Assembly (NCBI RefSeq): GCF_001194135.2
Contig: NC_068983.1
Location: 84,400,397-84,464,396, forward strand
From: Octopus bimaculoides
Lineage: Eukaryota
DNA: 64,000 bases
Direction of reading: 5' to 3'
Positions within the stretch are counted from its first letter, which is position 1. Every line of letters begins with the position of its first letter. Under the pieces are notes generated by a model. The model made no database searches, was not told the DNA's origin, and saw only the letters and a program-made list of their open reading frames with translations. A program made the translations under genes and the position numbers. Positions 11,425 to 24,074 of this stretch are shown in pieces.

Positions 11425-14039
11425 ATCTAATGTAGCCAGTCAGTTTATACATCAGCATATATACAGTATGTCATGTTTTCAGGAATTTCAATTTATGTTT
11501 CTCAAGTACTAGTGTGTACTTAGAACTCCATGAGGAAGACTGCACTTAAATATGAGAGAACACATACACAGACCACCAAATGGCACACAAGCTTGGTATT
11601 AATATTACTCAATAGGTTATTAATAAACAACACAGTAAAACCAAGTGGTTTATGTTACATAAAAGTGAGCTCAAAAGCTTAGCAATTACACTAGCTTAGC
11701 AGCTGAATTTAAAAAAACACCATACCAGTCAAGGAATATGTTCATAATTCTTTTATAATGAGTACAAACGAACTGATATGCAGTCACTTTTATGAAGACA
11801 TTGACAAATTGTCTATAAAGATAGGCATCAATATGTTCAAGAAAATAGAACTAGTAAGATAGGGCATTCACACAATAGTTGTTGACTTTGAACATTTTTA
11901 GCCTTGTTTTCCTTGAGGTATCTAATTCTTTTTGATGTAAAAAAGGAGACTTTTAATATATTCTTCAAACTTGGGATACTAATAACAATATTTCTACCTA
12001 ATTTTGGAACATGGCCAACATTTTGAATGGAGGAGTCAAGTCAGTTACATCAACCCCAATACTTAACTGGTACTTTATTCTATTGACCCCGAAAGGATGA
12101 AAAGCAAAGTTGACATCAGCAGGATTTGAACACAGAATGGTGCATTAGATTTTTCAAAACTTGCTGATGCACTGACCTCCTCATCACTGCTAACTTTAGA
12201 AGGTGTATACCGATTGCATTAGTGCAACACAATGTTGAAAAATGTTCCTTATTTTACAACTACTTGTAGAGGCTTCATCTTAAATATTTGTGTAATGATT
12301 GCCAATACCAACTATTTTCATACCTATTACATACTTGGAATATTAGGAGCCCTTGACACTTAACTAAATCCCTTAATTTCTTCCTGAATGATTTGATTTT
12401 TATTCAACTGTTGTCAATCCACTGTTGGATGAAAGCCTCAGCATGACATTGCTCACTTATCTATACTGGTTGTAGGTCTACTAGTCCATGCTGGCCAATT
12501 GCAGGTTGAATCATACAATCCTGTGGTCAAATGATTAGCTCTGGCCATCAGCACTCAAGCATGTAAGTGTGTGTGTATGTGTGTGTGTGCATGCATGCAT
12601 ACATAAATCATAACGTTTTCATCTTGGTTCATTTCTAAATAGGCAAGTAAATTGTCATGTATATATCTACTCTCAATCATTGTAAGAAAGAGAAATATTG
12701 ATTTCTTTTCTTGAGACCTAAAATCAATTTTAGTAGAAGAAAGGAATTATCATCGTCACTGTCATCGTTATCATCATCTTCATCACAACCACCATCATTA
12801 TTTTATGTTCATTTTATCATTCTGGCATGGATTGGATAGGTTTCACAGTATCTCAACACTTGTTCCTATCCTACATCATTTAGCACACAGCAACAGAGAA
12901 AAACAAACCAGTGAGAGAGCTTTTATGCAGTCACTTGACTTGCTAGAAACAGAAGTCAAATTTTCCTCAATGCTAGATAAGCAAAACACAGTACCAGTCA
13001 TACATTGGTTGGAAAGTAGTGGGTGGGTTAAACACAAGCATCAACACACATATACACTGGCAACTTTTTTCCATCTTGTAAGGGTAAAAATAGCCAATCC
13101 TTCTCTGCTGTTCTTACAGCTTTACTGCATTAGAGATTTAATTTCTTGTCTGCAATATAAACATATATCATCATCATCATCATCATGTACATATACCCCC
13201 ATATATATACATGTAAGTATGCTTATATATATATAATACACACACACACACATACATATAAGTATACTTGTATGTCCATTCCTCAATTTCAGCCATCTTA
13301 TCCCACTTCTTCTATAAAATTCCTCCCCTCCTCTATTCTTTCTAGTCCTTCGTCTCTTCTTTTCTTTCCTTTCCTTCACCTTAGTCCTTCCCATTCAAAT
13401 CATCACTTCTCTTCCCTTTTCCTCTTTATCTCTCTTTCACTTGCTTCTTTTCTCTGCCTTCCCTCCACCTCCCCATGCCTGTACCATTCCTTCAGTGTTC
13501 TGCTTTGTTATAACCAGAAATGGCTCCAACTGAAAGTAGCATTAATTTTTTTAGGTCATTCAACTTTTCTCAACTGATCAATAGATCAATTGATAAGAAC
13601 CTATTAGTATGAACCTATAATGATCATTAGAAACAGCTGTAAGCCAAATTTACTTTAATAAAGGAAAAATATGTAATGACCATTATTCATACCTTGTGTT
13701 GAGAGAGCGAGAGAGATAATATATCCATGAAAGTACTATTCAAACTCTCTAGTATAATCGAAGTTACAGCTAACCACATTGATTGGTAAGGAGTAACCTG
13801 AGACTATTTGAGGTAAACAATCCCAATGTATTTCATCTGATGGGTATATTGCTTCATTGGATTATAAACATTTTACTGAGTGTATATCCAAAACAATTCA
13901 AATATATAAAGAGAATAATACATCTACACAATTTTTATGACAGTCAATTATAGAGCATATTTAATTTAAATCTGTAGGGAAGAGGGTATACACCATCCTG
14001 TGTATCCCAATTCCGTACATTAAATTCTTCAAGGAAGAA

Positions 14040-14530
14040 AACGGAATGCGGACTCTGAACTAAAACAGCATAACAAATATTTATTACAGTAGAATTCTGC
14101 TCACACTAGGAGGGAATTCGGTAGCATGTCACCTTTGGTTAGATGAGACGCCGTCAATGAAGTTGCGTGGTTAAAGTCATTTCCTCCTCTCTGGTTAACT
14201 ATGTGAATTCCTTGTAGAGTTGACGGAGAGCTGCTGTTGAGACGTCTAGCTTCCACAAAGTTCAGCAAGCAAAAGAGGCAGAGAGACGTGGGAACGCTTG
14301 GATGTTGGATGACCACGCATGTGCATGAGGAACTTCATGCATTCCTTACAGAAGACTAGTCCCTGCGCATGCATGGATAAACTCTCCAAAATGGCGACTT
14401 TATTCAAGGTTCAATTCAAACTATAATAGTGGCAACACCTTGAAAAAAGCTGCGTAGACTTTTAACCAGATGAACAAACTTGATGCAAATGTAAATCACA
14501 TTATGAGATATCCATGCAGCAGAAATAGGT
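14040..14530. promoter_or_regulatory. Candidate CpG-retaining promoter or first-exon region
   Basis: Local CpG enrichment in non-repeat sequence, NRF1-like TGCGCATGCA (14364-14373), YY1-like CAAAATGGCG (14387-14396) and a minus-strand donor-like GTGAGC at 14104. Confidence 0.4.
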
Positions 14531-16239
14531 CGGGATGGAGATTTAAATTAAATATGCTGTATAATTGAGTGTAATAAAAACTGTGTAGATGTATTATTCT
14601 CCTTATCTATCTGAATTGTCATTTATATATGCATATAAAAAGTTGAAAACGCACTGGGATTCATTTAGATTTTTTATTTTTTTATTTTTGAAAATTTAAC
14701 TGCCTTCACAGATTTCTCTGATTTTCAAAAATTCAAGATAGAAAGACATTGAGCTTTGCCACAATTGTTTTGTTTTTATTGAGAGGACATGGCTCAAATT
14801 AATATCTGTTTTAGATACGTTTTATTGGTCAAAGATGATCACATGATTAGGTTTAGAAATTTCTCTTTTTTCTCTGTTACATCCGTCCTTTAATATCATG
14901 TAACAATCTATTATCATAAAAGCAAAATTCTGTCTGTCTGAGACCCCTGTATCTCAGTCTACATTTGCTCTACATAGACATATTATACCTTTTTGGAATC
15001 AGAATGCTCCCAGGATTAAAATCTGCCATTCATTTGGTTCTTGAACGTCCAGCATTGGGATCTGATTTAAAATCATTTGGGTTGCTACTTCTAGCTGGTA
15101 AAGCTTGGCTGATTTGTGCTATCTTGGTTGGCATTTGTCAGACAATGTCAGAGATCAAGGGGGGAGATAAATGACATTTGCTTTGTTAGTTTTACATCGA
15201 AATAAGAAATTTGGGATAAATTGGCCAGCAGTTTGAATTCAAACTGGTACTGGAACAGTAGAATAATTGCATTACAGAATTAATTCTCATCCATCCTTTG
15301 CCTCCGATCAAACATCACCATGGCATATAGTCATTATAGACGTATTATAGTCATGCTATTTAGCTCTCTTTAGTTTTGGGTAGGCCCAATCAGCCCTCTG
15401 CTGGAGTTAGCTTAAAAGTCCACATGGAGTGTGGTTTTTAAGCTAGTATACATATAAAAGACTTCCAATGTGATTAAGACAAGCCCAGTATCAAATACTG
15501 ATAGGTTTGTTTGAAGTACCCAGGATCTGGACAGTTTGCTTCTCCTTGGGGGTCAAAGGTTTTGGGCTACCACAGCAAGGCTCTCAGTGACTGGTGTGTT
15601 AAGGTTGTCAGTATCAAGACTAAAGTGCACCTTTCTATCCTTTATCAGTTGGTGTTGGTTAGCCCCAGGTCAGGTCCTACTTCCCTTCTATCCTATATCA
15701 GTTGATGTTGTTTAGACCCAAAGTATTCCTGCCATGACAATCTGTCCTTTTTTAGACATCTAGAATTACATCATCCAATGTGCCTTTTTAAATTGGCTGC
15801 TCTTTCTAATAGTTCGTGAGACTACATAGAAGCTCCCTCGTTTGCATCAAGCTTTGGCAGGTTGTATATCATCCCCATTTTATTATTTGATACCCTTTTA
15901 CTATTCTTAAAATAATGAAAGATAAAGTAATCTCTGCATGTATTTGATATCATTACATGGAGGAATCTCCAAGTCCGATTCATTTCCAGTTTCACTAATA
16001 CTTCAATTTCCCATATTAATCTATATCCAAGATAAAAGTTTACATCTTCTTGTCTGCCTTAATTCTGTTTTTAGTTTGAAATTCCTGACTGCATAGTAAC
16101 AGATAAATTGAACTAAGGAGAAATTGCCCTACTTTTAAGGTCACATCTTGCTTCTGATATTTGAATTAATGACGAATGTAATATTTGAATTAATGATGAA
16201 TGTAACAAACATAAATCTGTATGGATACACATTCTTTTA

Positions 16240-16560
16240 TTCTTTTACTTGTTCTAGTCATTTGACTGCGGACATGCTGGAGCACCACCTTTAGTCGAGC
16301 AAACCGACCCCAGGACTTACTCTTTGTAAGCCTGGGGATGTAAGCACACCAGCATCAGTTGTCAAGCGATGTTGGGGGGAGGGGAACAAACACACGCACA
16401 CATATATATATATATGTGTGTGTGTGTTTCTTTCAGTTTCCGTCTACCAAATCCACTCGAGGCTTTGGTCGGCCCGAGGCTATAGTAGGAGATACCTGCC
16501 CAAGGTGCCACACAGTGGGACTGAACCTGGAACCATGTGGTTGGTAAGTAAGCTACTTTA
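16240..16560 (-). mobile_element. Composite SINE: family B head plus family D tail (GGTGGTGCTCCAGCATG...GACTAGAAC)
   Basis: The same B+D arrangement is seen at 36965-37380, 39730-40065 and 61975-62315. Confidence 0.75.
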
Positions 16561-17004
16561 TTCCATAAATATTTGCCATAAAGGCATTACAAAGAGGGGA
16601 CGAACAAGGACAGACAAACATAAAAGGGGTGAAGTAGCTGTATCGATTAAATATTTAAATATACAATAATAATTTGGTTATATTTACAATGTTCGATTAA
16701 AGCATTGATCATTACAGATGCAATTTGTAATGGCTTTCCTGAAGGATAGGCATCCGACCACCAGGGTAGACCTCTTGCCTTTTCTTTCCCTTGTTTTTGG
16801 CTTCCGCTTACCTGGTGCCAAACACCACACAGCCACTCATACACATTTTTTTAAATCCACACATACACACGTTTTAAATCTGCTGAGTCTATGTTATATA
16901 GGCCATAAATAGACGAGTTATATAATTTTTTTTCAAGCTCAGGTAGATGTTTAATGGTCTGAAATAACTCCGATAATCAAAAGGCCACACACCAATTATA
17001 GCTA

Positions 17005-17068
17005 GGTACTACTAAAGCAGCGCGGACCCGAACGCGCAGTCGCGCGTCCGCGCTGCTTTAGTAGTACC
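17005..17068. mobile_element. 64-bp micro-MITE with GG...CC termini and a 9-bp TSD (Merlin- or Mutator-like)
   Basis: Perfect 23-bp TIRs GGTACTACTAAAGCAGCGCGGAC, an 18-nt spacer, and a perfect direct repeat TTATAGCTA at 16996-17004 and 17069-17077. Confidence 0.85.
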
Positions 17069-17811
17069 TTATAGCTAGTTGCTACTTAGTCATAATAGCT
17101 TAGACAATTTACACAGAAATAGGACTTCAGTGGATTATTTTTCAACATTCAAATTTTACTCGTCTCTCCTCTGTGATGTGTATAGGTTTAGTCATGTGTG
17201 TGTTTGCGTATGCGTGTACTTGCTCTATTAACATTTAGCCATTGAAAACCGAACAAACAAAAGTACCCCCTACCAGCCTCGTGTTATCTTCCTCACGTGT
17301 TTACTGCTTTTATCGACAGCTAAACCAAGAGCTAACTTGTCATTTAAACTTCAGGATTAAATAGCTTACAAACGGCTGTTGTCTGTAACATTGGATGTTG
17401 TGCTTGGTTTAATTTCTTTCCTTTTTTTTATTTGTTATTTCTATGACACATTTATCTAAAGGATGAATATGCACACAAACTACTTCAGTTTCATTGTCGC
17501 GCTTAATTTTCATAATTCCCAGTAGATAGTTGTCCGAAAATTAAATTGATAACAAAGCTACCAATTTAATAAAAAAAAAAACATCTATGTATGTTTGTGT
17601 GTATTGGGTCGCGAGAAACAAAATAGGTTGCAACAAAAAAGTTTGAAAAACGCTATCTTAGACGACTTACGCACACACATACAATGTACACATCTGTTTA
17701 TTCATGCATACATACATATATATATTTAGTCTCATGCTACATGCTATAAGTTAAGTGAGACTATATATATATATGTACATGTGTATGTAAGCATGTATAA
17801 ACACTTTTTTG

Positions 17812-18168
17812 TTGGCACTTCGTCGGTTACGACGATGAGGGTTCCAGTTGATCCGATCAACGGAACAGTCTGCTCGTGAAATTAAAGTGCAAGTGGCTGA
17901 GCACTCCACAGACACGTGTACCCTTAACGTAGTTCCCGGAGGAGATTCAGCGTGACACAGTGTGACAAGGCTGGCCCTTTGAAATACAGGTACAACAGAA
18001 ATAGGAAAATAGAGTGAGAGAAAGTTGTGGTGAAAGAGTACAGCAGGGTTCGCCACCATCCCCTGCCGGAGCCTCGTGGAGCTTTAGGTGTTTTCGCTCA
18101 ATAAACACTCACAACGCCCGGTCTGGGAATCGAAACCGCGAGTCCGCTGCCCATTGCGCCTCCACATG
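17812..18168 (-). mobile_element. tRNA-derived SINE, family C (CORE-like centre, ...GTTCCGTTGATCGGATCAACTGGAACCCTC... tail)
   Basis: Homologous copies at 22552-22878(-), 56200-56505(-) and 58900-59228(+), with a related head at 53528-53765(+). This copy retains its CpGs. Confidence 0.8.
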
Positions 18169-18230
18169 TATAAACAGATGCGTGTATATATGTGTGTGTG
18201 TGTGTGTGTGCGTGCGTGAGTCGTCTCGGA

Positions 18231-18297
18231 CAGCATTTTTCAGACTTTTTTGTCGCGACCCAACGAAGGGTCGAGACCCACAGTTTGAAAAACGCTG
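18231..18297. mobile_element. Miniature hAT-like MITE
   Basis: TIRs CAGCATTTTTCAGACT and AGTTTGAAAAACGCTG (14 of 16), with internal GTCGCGACCC and GGGTCGAGAC. No clear TSD. Confidence 0.55.
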
Positions 18298-18370
18298 GAC
18301 TCTTAGACCATAAGTCAAGGAAAGATATACTTGTATATCTGTCAGTGGAGTGAGTATATTATCCCCAAAA

Positions 18371-18608
18371 TATAGTATTAAATCTCCATCACGGCTGATG
18401 GTTTGCGTAAAGAATACAATGGAGTGTTTGGTAACAATCCGATTATATAATACCTCCAACAATAGAGAGCAGTCGCCATATTCCCTTTCATATCGGCTAA
18501 CTCTGATGAGCGTAAAGTTATATAATCGGATTATTACCTAACACTCCAATGTATTTCTTACGCGAAACCGATTGGTAAGATCAGCCGTGATGGATATTTA
18601 ATAGTATA
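18371..18608 (+). mobile_element. Inverted-repeat element carrying a hammerhead motif, probably a miniature Penelope-like or retrozyme remnant
   Basis: Arm 18371-18450 is the reverse complement of arm 18518-18608, with a few mismatches and a 10-nt deletion. The spacer plus right arm encode the ribozyme core. Confidence 0.6.
18494..18587 (+). ncRNA. Type I hammerhead ribozyme motif with an intact core
   Basis: CTGATGA at 18503-18509, helix II GCGTAA/TTACGC (18510-18515/18558-18563) with canonical G10.1-C11.1, GAAA at 18564-18567, self-complementary helix III ACCGATTGGT, GUA cleavage triplet (cut after 18577), and helix I CGGCTAACT/AGATCAGCCG with one mismatch and one bulge. Confidence 0.75.
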
Positions 18609-18725
18609 CTTTTACGTGTGTGTGTGTGTATGTGCGTGTGCATACACAAATGTATATATATGCGTGGCTGTGTGGTAAGAAGATTTTCATTGTGATTGCT
18701 ACATATTTCAATGTTTCTTTCACAC

Positions 18726-18758
<33 letters not shown>

Positions 18759-19077
18759 CATACATACATACATACATATAGGCGCAGGCATAGCTATGTG
18801 GTAAGTTTGCTTCCCAATCACATGGTTCCACATTTAGTCCCACTGAGTGGATTTGGTAGGCAGAAACTGAAAGAAGTCCGTCGTGTATGTATGTATGTAT
18901 GTATATATATATCATCATCATCATCATGTGCTGCTTCCTAGGGCTAAATAGCAGTAGTATTATTCCCTTCATGGGACTGTCACATTAAGTTGACAGTATA
19001 CAACTACTTTATCGTATCACTACTGCATAAATCTCTGAGAGATTTAGAAATGTATTATTTATATATATATATATATA

Positions 19078-19290
19078 TGCCAGTACCGCCTGACTGGCCT
19101 TCGTGCCAGTGGCACGTAAAAGCACCCACTACACTCTCGGAGTGGTTGGTGTTAGGAAGGGCATCCAGCTGTAGAAACTCTGCCTGATCAGATTGGAGCC
19201 TGGTGCAGCCATCTGGTTCACCAGTCCTCAGTCAAATCGTCCAACCCATGCTAGCATGGAAAGCGGACGCTAAACGATGATGATGATGAT
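19078..19290 (+). mobile_element. Solo RTE 3'-UTR/tail copy
   Basis: Matches 5240-5460. Further copies at 36615-36845, 37790-38140, 28880-28955 (partial) and 57690-58130(-). Confidence 0.8.
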
Positions 19291-19779
19291 ATATATACAT
19301 ATATATATAGTAGAGTAATAAAAAAGTTCTTGGTACAGTATAATATATTTTAAAACATGAGTAGAGATGGCTTTTGGGAGGGGTAATTTTTATTTTAACG
19401 ATAATGTTTACAGTCACTCCAATGAACTTTGCGCCTTTCAATAGCTGTTTTCAAACTGAAATTCCATGGTTTAGGAGGTTGCATATATAGCAGATGGAAC
19501 CATGTTGTTTGTAAAAACATTTATGTATCTTGGAATTTGCACGAACCTTCTCCAAAACCACTATGTATTTTACGGAATGTTAAACTTAATGAAAAAGATC
19601 TTTTGTTATATAAACAACATTCTAAACCACAGAATTTCAGTTTGGAAACAGCTATTGAAAGGCTCAAAGCTCATTGGAGTGATCGTAAACATTATCATTA
19701 AAATAAAAATTATCCCCCACCAAAAGCCATCTCTACTCATTTTTTCATGTGTGTGTGTGTGTGGAAACATACACATAGG

Positions 19780-19970
19780 TGTCAACAGCTTGGCATCCGG
19801 TGTTAGTTTATTTACGTCCCTGTGCCTTAGCGGTTTGGCAAAAAGAGTTCAATAGAATAAGTACCAAGCTTTAAAAAATAAGTACTGGGGTCGATTTCTT
19901 TGGCTGAACTCCTCAAAGCAGTGTCCCAGCATAGCCACAATCTGATGACTGAAACAAGTAAAAGATAAAA
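19780..19970 (+). mobile_element. SINE family D segment
   Basis: TTTACGTCCC...CTTAGCGGTTTGGCAAAA...CCAGCATAGCCACA...GACTGAAACAAGTAAAAGA, as at 37180-37380. Confidence 0.75.
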
Positions 19971-22551
19971 GATATATATACACATACATATTCATGCATA
20001 CATGCACAATTCATGTAATAAATAAGTAAATTAATGATAGATATGAAATAAACAATCAAAAGCCAACAAGGCTGAAAGAGATATATGTAGAAAGTGGGTG
20101 TCAGATAAATTTAATTCAATATAATTTATGCACGTTTATCTATCTATCTGTCTGTCTGTGTGTCTGCTTGTCTGTCTGTCTGCCTGCCTGTCTGTCTGTC
20201 TGTTTGTGTGTGTGTGCGATTGTGCACACATGCATCAAGCACATACATATATGTTACTTAATATGTTTTATAGTTAATTCCTAACATTTAAAGCAGGGAG
20301 TATTATAATTAAAAATAGCTAAAGATAATTATGTGGAGAAGGAAAAACTATTAGTCTGTAACTAAAATTATTTTTATTACTTCAGCACGTACTGATATAT
20401 TTTGGCTTATGACTAAACTAATGAATAAATTTATCAGTGAAATATAGACTTTGATGCAATTGCCAAGATAGGGATTGAAGAATCATGAAATAATTGTACA
20501 AACTGTACACTGGTTGCATAAAAAAGCCTAACTTGTTTAGAGAATTAAGTTATTTATATAAGTTTACTTATCTATTAGTCTGAGAAAGAATGATCACCAC
20601 CTATTGACTCTTTAGATGCTCCAAAACTAAGAGACGAAGATGGAACTGCTTGAAACGTTGCACAGAGAAAGAAGGACTTTTAGTTGTCTAAGATAATTCA
20701 AACTCAACAAAGACAATGTCTGAAATTTCATACACTGCCATCGGCAAGTAGTCATCATCATCAACATCGTTTTAATGTCCACTTTTGCATCTTTGTATGG
20801 ACTGGACAAAGTTTATTGAGGCCAATTTTCTTCAGCTGTATGTGCTTTCTGTCACCAACCTTCAACTGTTTGCAAGTAAAGCAATACTTACACATGGCCA
20901 GACATGTTTTTGCTGAATATTGGAAATGAATGACACTGTATGACAACAACACTCATTTACAACTATCATACAATATCAAGACAAGTACATACACACACAC
21001 ACACACACACACACACGCGCGCGCGCGCATGCACAATAGGCTTCTCTTAGTTTCTGTTTACCACATTTATTCACAAGGCTTTGGTCAGTCCTTTATGCAA
21101 ATTATTGAAAAAGCTGTGCACTAGCTTACAAGACAGCAAACTTGAAGGTTGCTCCTTACTGTGGAATCAATTATCAATAGATATTTTCAAGCTAAAGACA
21201 ACTAGTCATAAGCAATCAAATTGATAGGATCATTAAAACATCAGATAGAATGCTTCAAAGTATTTGTTCCAACTCTGCACTCTAAGTTCAAACATCCAAT
21301 AGATTGCAGATTCTTGTGCATGTTACCTGTTACCTGCCTCTGCGAAGCCATTTTGCATATAATGTGAGGTGAGATGAAACTTATTTCAACACCCACAGAA
21401 CTAAACAGTTCAGAAACATTTTCCTACCAGTACTATTACATGAGTTTATTGCAACATTTAAGTAAGGAGAATAGAATTTAATCTTTTAGCTTTCAGATTA
21501 CTCTATCTGTAACATATTTCTAAATGTTTCTGAGAATAAAGGAATCTCAAATTCAGATTCAGCATGAAAAATTACATCAATATACCAAATTTGAAAAGTA
21601 TCACTTAATTTCTAAATTTCCGAATTTGTGACAACAACCGCAAAGATCTGAAAGATGAATTATAGGGATACAAACTCTATTTAGAAGAGGTGGTACAAAA
21701 GTGCTACTAGTATTTGATGGGAGTGCTAATATTTGTCAGTCTGAAAACCACTGAATTAGATCATTGAAATATAAGTATCTTAGTTATGAATATACTGTGA
21801 AATTTGAACCGTCAACAATCTATTTAGCAGACCAACATCCTAATGAACCAGACAGTTGCAGTTATTTATACAGTAATGAGGTATGTTCAGTAAAGTGAAA
21901 GAAGGAAATGTGAGTTAGTTGGGGGAAAAACATTAGGTAAGCAAAGTGAAGTTGATAAAATGGGTGGATAAATGGTGTGATCTGATGAAGTTGATGACTA
22001 ATAAAAAGCATTAGTTGATGTCTGCGAAAGATATGACTGTAGTAATATGACTATGAAATGATCATGAATGACTTGAATAAAAATTGTCTCATAGATTTTT
22101 ATTATGTCCAGAGCATTATTAATTGATGAGACTTAGGATCAAAGTCATTTCAGCTATAACTATTCAGTTTTCTGCCAGATATAGTGCATTATTCAATACA
22201 TCCTTTCTTTTTTAAGACAGTGGAGTGTAATTTAAGAGATATTTGGTTGCTATTTCTAGCAGATCAAGTGAACATAGAGATGTTCCCTTGTTGGATATTG
22301 CTGTGGTTTAAACTTAGGTCAGCCCTAATCAAGCAAATTTATTATCAAAGACATTTCAGCCATGACCATACTATCTGTAACCATGAATCCATAATAGAAT
22401 GTATTTTTTTCTAAGACAGTAGGATGTATGAGTGAAATTTGCCTACTATTTCTAGTAGTTTGAGAAATGCATAGAGATTCTTTTGTTGGCTCATCATGTT
22501 ATATTTGGTGGCAGTGAAGAGAGAGAGGATCAGTTTTTAGAAAATATAAAG

Positions 22552-22878
22552 GAGCACTCCGCTGGTTACAACGACGAGCATCCCGGCTGATACAATCAAC
22601 GGAACAGCTTACTCGTGAAATTAACATGCAAGTAGCTGAGCACTCCACAGACAAGTGTACCCTTAATGTAGTTCTCAGGGAGATTCAGCATGACACAGAG
22701 TGTGACAAGGCTGGCCCTTTGAAATAGAGTTACTACTCATTTTTGCTAGCTGAGTGGACTGGAGCAACATGAAATACAGTAACTTGCTCAAAGACACAAC
22801 GCATCACTGGGAATTGACCTCATGACCATACGATCATGAGCCGAATGCCCTAACCACTAAGCCACATGCCTTCACAGA
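22552..22878 (-). mobile_element. SINE family C copy
   Basis: Matches 17812-18168 with several CpG-to-TpG/CpA changes. Confidence 0.8.
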
Positions 22879-24074
22879 GAAGAAGATATAAAATATGGTT
22901 GATTTGATCCATAGAAAATATTATTAACCTTTCAGCTAGACTGCAGATCAGATGGAAAAAATTATCCGTAGCTCAGCTAGTTTATATCAGTATGATTACA
23001 AATTCTCCTGATAGGACATCAAGCTGGATCTACTGATGAACCCCCAGCTCAGGAGTTTTGAGGAGTATGGAGTTACCCCTCAATTACCACTACTCCCAGT
23101 TCCACTCTGGCCCTGGATTTTAGTATTGTCAAGCCCCCTACCCCCAATTATGGGTCAAATAGAGTAAAATGGGTTTCTGACTCAGACTTGGAAGAGGAGG
23201 GATGATCCTTAGACATGTCACACAGACTCACTAGTGTGTGGACATGTGCTGATGTCATGGAAACCAATCCCTCTGCTTAATAGTTAAGCAACCTTATCCT
23301 GTGTCTCAAGGAAAAGGTAGGGAGTGCAGAAAACAAGCAGAATAAAACTGACTGCATAGTAAGAAGTTTTCTTCCTAGCCCTGGGCTAACCAAAAGCCTT
23401 GTAAGTGGAATTAGTAGACAGAAAATGAAGGAAAAGGAGCCTGTCATGTACATATATATATGTATGTGTATATATATATATATATCATGTGAGAGAGTTA
23501 GGGGTTGAGGATTCAACCCACTAAGGGATAGTATCTATCCAATATACTGCTGGGAGGGTACCCAATTATTGCTACACTAGTGNNNNNNNNNNAGTGTTAT
23601 ACCAAGTGCAATAAATGGGAATTGATATATATATATATATATATATATATGACCTCATGAGTATGTATGCATATTATAATAATATATTGCTATGTGGAGG
23701 AAAAAGGACAAGCTTATTGTTGAAGCATTTCAAAATCCATCAGGACGACATTAGAGAGATGGAGAAGGAGAGAGATAGAGAAAGCAAGAGAGAGAGGGAC
23801 GGAGGAACATAAAGCTATCTAGACAGTGAATTATGAACCAGCAAGCTGGAAGATATAGTTCTCTAGGTAGTGAATTAAAGAAAAAGAGAAAACGGTATAT
23901 TTTTTTTTCAGAGATGACCACACTAGTCTGCAAAAGATATCTTAAGCATGTATGCGTCTTATAATAATACATTGCTATGTTAGAAAAAAAGAAAGAATTA
24001 ATCTAGCAGAGAAAAAGGGCAAGCTTACTGTTGAAAAGTTTCAAAGGATACTACTAGAAGTCTCATGCTAGATC

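Noticed and set aside
19200-19235. CTGAGGA plus hairpin in RTE tails (minus strand)
   Set aside because: Not followed by GAAA. It is part of the ordinary RTE 3' UTR.
20615-20750. Exon-like segments (also about 21640 minus, 31640, 41460 minus, 42035, 55930)
   Set aside because: Acceptor-like sites are present but frames close before a convincing donor or the peptides are unrecognisable.
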